Below, piece after piece: positions 60,651 to 64,000 of a stretch of 64,000 nucleotides of DNA. The notes under the pieces are model-generated. The model searched no databases. It was not told the DNA's origin and saw only the letters and a program-made list of their open reading frames with translations. The first letter of the stretch is position 1, and each line of letters begins with the position of its first letter. A program made the translations under genes and the position numbers. Origin of the DNA: Candidatus Poribacteria bacterium (GTDB lineage Bacteria > Poribacteria > WGA-4E > WGA-3G); the NCBI GenBank assembly GCA_963663765.2, contig CAXXUA010000005.1, positions 704,001-768,000 of the forward strand, read 5' to 3'.

Positions 60651-60816
60651 CAGGACTTACGCACCCAACAGTAGGCGGGGAATGCCTAAACGGCATTCAT
60701 ACCGTTGATTTCTTGATTTGGTGCTTTGTAAGCGCGCCGGAAACCTAAAAAATGCTGAAAATTACATCGTTTTCGTCTTAATTCTTGATTGGATCATGAA
60801 AACTCCGTAAGTCCTG
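60651..60816. mobile_element. MITE family 3 copy, 5-bp TSD CCAAT, with a 44-bp micro-element (60677-60720)
   Basis: TIRs, TSD ccaat; 166 = 122 + 44. Confidence 0.93.
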
Positions 60817-60899
60817 CCAATGTATTTATTGTAGATAATGTTTTTTTACTGAACTCGGTTGTGGTTCCGGTTTTTGTACCAGACATCTTCCTGAATAAA

Positions 60900-61436
60900 C
60901 TACAACCCGAAACCTAACTCCAAAATTACAAAAACAAGTAGTAGACCGCTCATTAAAAAACCCGATTTATGTAACTTCCGATCTCCTGCAAATAGCTCAC
61001 TAAACAATGCCCCAAACCAAATCCCGATGCACGCCAAACTTTGTCCTAAAATCAGTCCCCAAGTATCTAGCCAGTGAATATTAAAAACCAAAGCCATTGA
61101 ATTGTTTAGAGCCACAATTAATACGCCGGAGAGTAGTAGTGAAAAGCCTGATATTAAAACGGTTTTTTCACGTATGCTATCAAGTATTATTCTTTTACCA
61201 CATTCTTTACAACGTCTTCTGATAAACGCTAATACAACGAAACCAAGACATGCAAAACATATACCTAAAACCAGACCCAGAATAGGTAACCAACGAGAAG
61301 TAACAGCGTCTACTACAATTAAATCGTCAAAGACCACAATCGCAAATATGAGTAAAACAGTTGACGCTCTTTTTGCATAACTGACAATTCTTTCCTGTTT
61401 CATACTACTCAAAACTTTCGTACCAGTAGTCACCAT
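60900..61436 (-). CDS. Hypothetical membrane protein (about 5 TM, CKEC) inside the nuo operon
   Basis: AGGAGG RBS, hydrophobic segments. Confidence 0.7.
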   Translation of the reverse strand: MVTTGTKVLSSMKQERIVSYAKRASTVLLIFAIVVFDDLIVVDAVTSRWLPILGLVLGICFACLGFVVLAFIRRRCKECGKRIILDSIREKTVLISGFSLLLSGVLIVALNNSMALVFNIHWLDTWGLILGQSLACIGIWFGALFSELFAGDRKLHKSGFLMSGLLLVFVILELGFGL

Positions 61437-61482
61437 ACACCTCCTATTACAGACACATAAACTATTATTAGTGCTGTTCTAT

Positions 61483-62709
61483 CTATACTGTGTTTGGTTG
61501 TGGTTCAGGTTTTCGTGCAAGATTCCTTCCAGCAAATGCATAAGCTCCGATGAGTCCCACATAGATAATTGCACAACTGATGCCAATACTCCACACATCA
61601 TCATGTTCAAAGATCAATCCCCAAACACCTGTACCTAAGATATTAAAGAATGAAATTGGGATAAAGTATTTCCAGCACAAGTTCATGAGTTGGTCAACGC
61701 GCAGACGTGGGAGTGTCCATCTCAACCACATCATCACGAAGACAAGTCCTAATGATTTGAGAACAAACCCTGGTAATCCTCCGAGGAAGTCATAACCCGG
61801 TAAGATTCCTTCATATCCACCGAGGAACAGTGTTACACCGATTGCACTTACCGCAAACATATTCGCATATTCAGCGATAAAAAAGAGGGCAAAACGCATA
61901 CCACTATATTCGGTGTGGAATCCAGCAACGATCTCCGACTCGGCTTCTGGTAAATCAAATGGCGTTCTGTTCACCTCAGCAATAGATGAGATAAAGAAAA
62001 TAAAGAATGCAATAAACGTGAAAGGTGACCGAAAAATGAGCCATGTGAAAATACCGCCATCTTGACTCCCGACAATTTCACTCATACTCAAACTTTGAAC
62101 AAGCATGACGACTGTCAAAATGGAGAGTCCAAGAGGGATTTCATAACTGACAATTTGTGCAGCAGAACGTAATGCACCTAACAGAGACCATTTGCTATTT
62201 GATGACCAACCTGCCATTATGACTCCCATAACAATCACAGATGAGATCGCCATAATGTAGAAAATACCGATATTAAAGTCGCTTACTAAGATGTTCTGAC
62301 CAAATGGTATTGCAGCGAAAACTGCAAAGGAACAAGCAAATATAATATAAGGAGCAAGTAAGAAAAGGACTTTATCGCCTTGTGGTGGGATAAAGTCCTC
62401 CTTGAATATGAGTTTTATGCCATCCGCTAAGGTTTGCAATGTTCCCCAAGGTCCAACACGCATGGGACCAGTTCGATTTTGAAAACGTGCAGCGACTTTC
62501 CGCTCTGCGAGCACTAACACCAATGGGAGTAATGGCACAAGAGCGACAAAAATACCTGCACATGCTATCATCACAAGAACTGAACCCAACTGCACAGGAA
62601 AATCAGGAAATATGGGAAGAATTACATTCTGTACAATATCTGTTGCCCAATTTGTTCCATCCTGCACGCTTATATTGTGAAAGAAACCATCCGAAAAAAT
62701 ATCTGGCAT
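61483..62709 (-). CDS. nuoH: NADH-quinone oxidoreductase subunit H
   Basis: ERK..A..Q.R.GP, AD.IKL..KED, R.PFDLPEAESE. Confidence 0.97.
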   Translation of the reverse strand: MPDIFSDGFFHNISVQDGTNWATDIVQNVILPIFPDFPVQLGSVLVMIACAGIFVALVPLLPLVLVLAERKVAARFQNRTGPMRVGPWGTLQTLADGIKLIFKEDFIPPQGDKVLFLLAPYIIFACSFAVFAAIPFGQNILVSDFNIGIFYIMAISSVIVMGVIMAGWSSNSKWSLLGALRSAAQIVSYEIPLGLSILTVVMLVQSLSMSEIVGSQDGGIFTWLIFRSPFTFIAFFIFFISSIAEVNRTPFDLPEAESEIVAGFHTEYSGMRFALFFIAEYANMFAVSAIGVTLFLGGYEGILPGYDFLGGLPGFVLKSLGLVFVMMWLRWTLPRLRVDQLMNLCWKYFIPISFFNILGTGVWGLIFEHDDVWSIGISCAIIYVGLIGAYAFAGRNLARKPEPQPNTV

Positions 62710-62753
62710 CTTACCTCCAATCCCATAGGTAACATCATCTGTGATAAGACAGT

Positions 62754-63959
62754 TTACCTATCCACTTCTCCCATAACAATATCAATACTTCCGATAATAG
62801 CAATAATATCTGCGACCATCAAACCACGACTTAATTCCTGCAAAGCACTCAACGCACTGAAACAGGGGGAACGTCCTTTGACGCGTACTGGCTTCGGCGT
62901 GCCATCACTGACGATGTAAAATCCGAGTTCACCGCGCGGTGCTTCACTGCGGAAATAGATTTCACCTTTTGGCGGACGCACAGCCTTCATTTCTGCCATA
63001 ACAGGACCGTCAGGTAGACCCTCTGCTAAAATCTGTCGGACAATCTTAACAGATTCTTTCATTTCATCCATGCGTATTTTGTAGCGACTCCAGCAGTCCC
63101 CGACAACAGCCCCTAATTCCGGAATATCTTTTGCAACAGGCACATCAAACTCAAATCGGTCATAGATAGAATAGGGTTCGTCCCGCCGTAAATCCCAATC
63201 AACACCTGAACCACGAAGGTTCGGACCGGTTGCACCGTAACTAATTGCCATCTCTTCGGACATCACAGCGACCCTCATTGTCCGTTCAGAGAAAATGCTG
63301 TTTGATGTCAGTAAGTCGTTGTAGTCGTCAATCTTCGGTTCAAAATAATCGAGAAAACTTTCTATTTCATCTAAATAATTTTGTTCATCAACGGATCCAG
63401 ATTCCAATGGGATGATTTCGGAGACACCACCGATACGTATATAATTATATGTGAGTCGTGCGCCACAAATTTTTTCAAATAGCAGAAGCAGTCGTTCACG
63501 ATCCCGAAAAGCATAGAGAAACGGTGTGAATGCTCCGATGTCCATGCCGTAAGTGCCGAAAGATAGGAGGTGACTCGCAATCCGATTTAATTCGCAGATA
63601 AGTACCCGCAAATATTCTGCGCGTTCTGGTATTTCAAAATCCTTTTTTTCATCTGCTTCAAGTAACTTCTCAACAGCGAGGCAAAACCCCCAATTTTGGT
63701 TCATCGCAGCAACATAATCCATTCTGTCAGTGAAGGGAATGATTTGAGGGTAAGAAAGGTTTTCGGAGTGTTTCTCAAAACAGCGATGCAGATACCCAAT
63801 ATGTGGAATGGCTTCCCGTACCACCTCACCATCCAGTCTCAATTCCAGACGCAACACCCCGTGTGTACTTGGATGCTGAGGTCCCATATTAACTATCATC
63901 TCATCCGTGAAAGGTTTGAGTTCAATGATCTTTGATTCGGTTTGTTGTGTGCTTTCCAT
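62754..63959 (-). CDS. nuoD: NADH-quinone oxidoreductase subunit D
   Basis: NMGPQHPSTHGVLRL, GYLHR..EK, DRMDY, GEVDR. Confidence 0.97.
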   Translation of the reverse strand: MESTQQTESKIIELKPFTDEMIVNMGPQHPSTHGVLRLELRLDGEVVREAIPHIGYLHRCFEKHSENLSYPQIIPFTDRMDYVAAMNQNWGFCLAVEKLLEADEKKDFEIPERAEYLRVLICELNRIASHLLSFGTYGMDIGAFTPFLYAFRDRERLLLLFEKICGARLTYNYIRIGGVSEIIPLESGSVDEQNYLDEIESFLDYFEPKIDDYNDLLTSNSIFSERTMRVAVMSEEMAISYGATGPNLRGSGVDWDLRRDEPYSIYDRFEFDVPVAKDIPELGAVVGDCWSRYKIRMDEMKESVKIVRQILAEGLPDGPVMAEMKAVRPPKGEIYFRSEAPRGELGFYIVSDGTPKPVRVKGRSPCFSALSALQELSRGLMVADIIAIIGSIDIVMGEVDR

Positions 63960-64000
63960 AATACGGATTCTACGGTTTGATTTTATCTAATATGTCTATT

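Noticed and set aside
58760-61436. Integron cassette array within the nuo operon
   Set aside because: No integrase and no attC-like sites found; the intervening repeats are TIR/TSD MITEs.

Overview
AT-rich bacterial chromosome segment, most likely Candidatus Poribacteria (sponge symbiont). This is an inference from eight tandem secreted WD40 genes, PVEPxGKxTTxWxSxK-tailed secreted proteins and a PhyH dioxygenase. The window holds a TnpB running off the left edge; housekeeping/metabolic genes (gluconolactonase, tandem PurS, PIG-L deacetylase, barrel-SppA/pcm/PorV-like/MFS cluster, TPR-FG-GAP-ASPIC protein, acs, moeA); an 18.6-kb WD40 array with mosaic paralogs; two intact IS elements; and nuoD-H-I-J-K-L-M-N with no nuoEFG between D and H and three inserted non-nuo genes. 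The intergenic DNA is the most unusual part. It has three tiers: (1) several MITE shells with terminal inverted repeats (TIRs), some with clear target-site duplications (TSDs); (2) GTAG/GTGG-type REP hairpins inside them, which locally amplify into tandem arrays; (3) 34-60 bp hairpin-plus-GTTGATTTG-tail micro-elements inserted precisely at C^G sites with no duplication beyond a 1-nt junction ambiguity. Filled and empty alleles, nesting and stem covariation are all visible in this window. No mobilising enzyme for tiers 2-3 is encoded here. All counts and alignments were done by eye.
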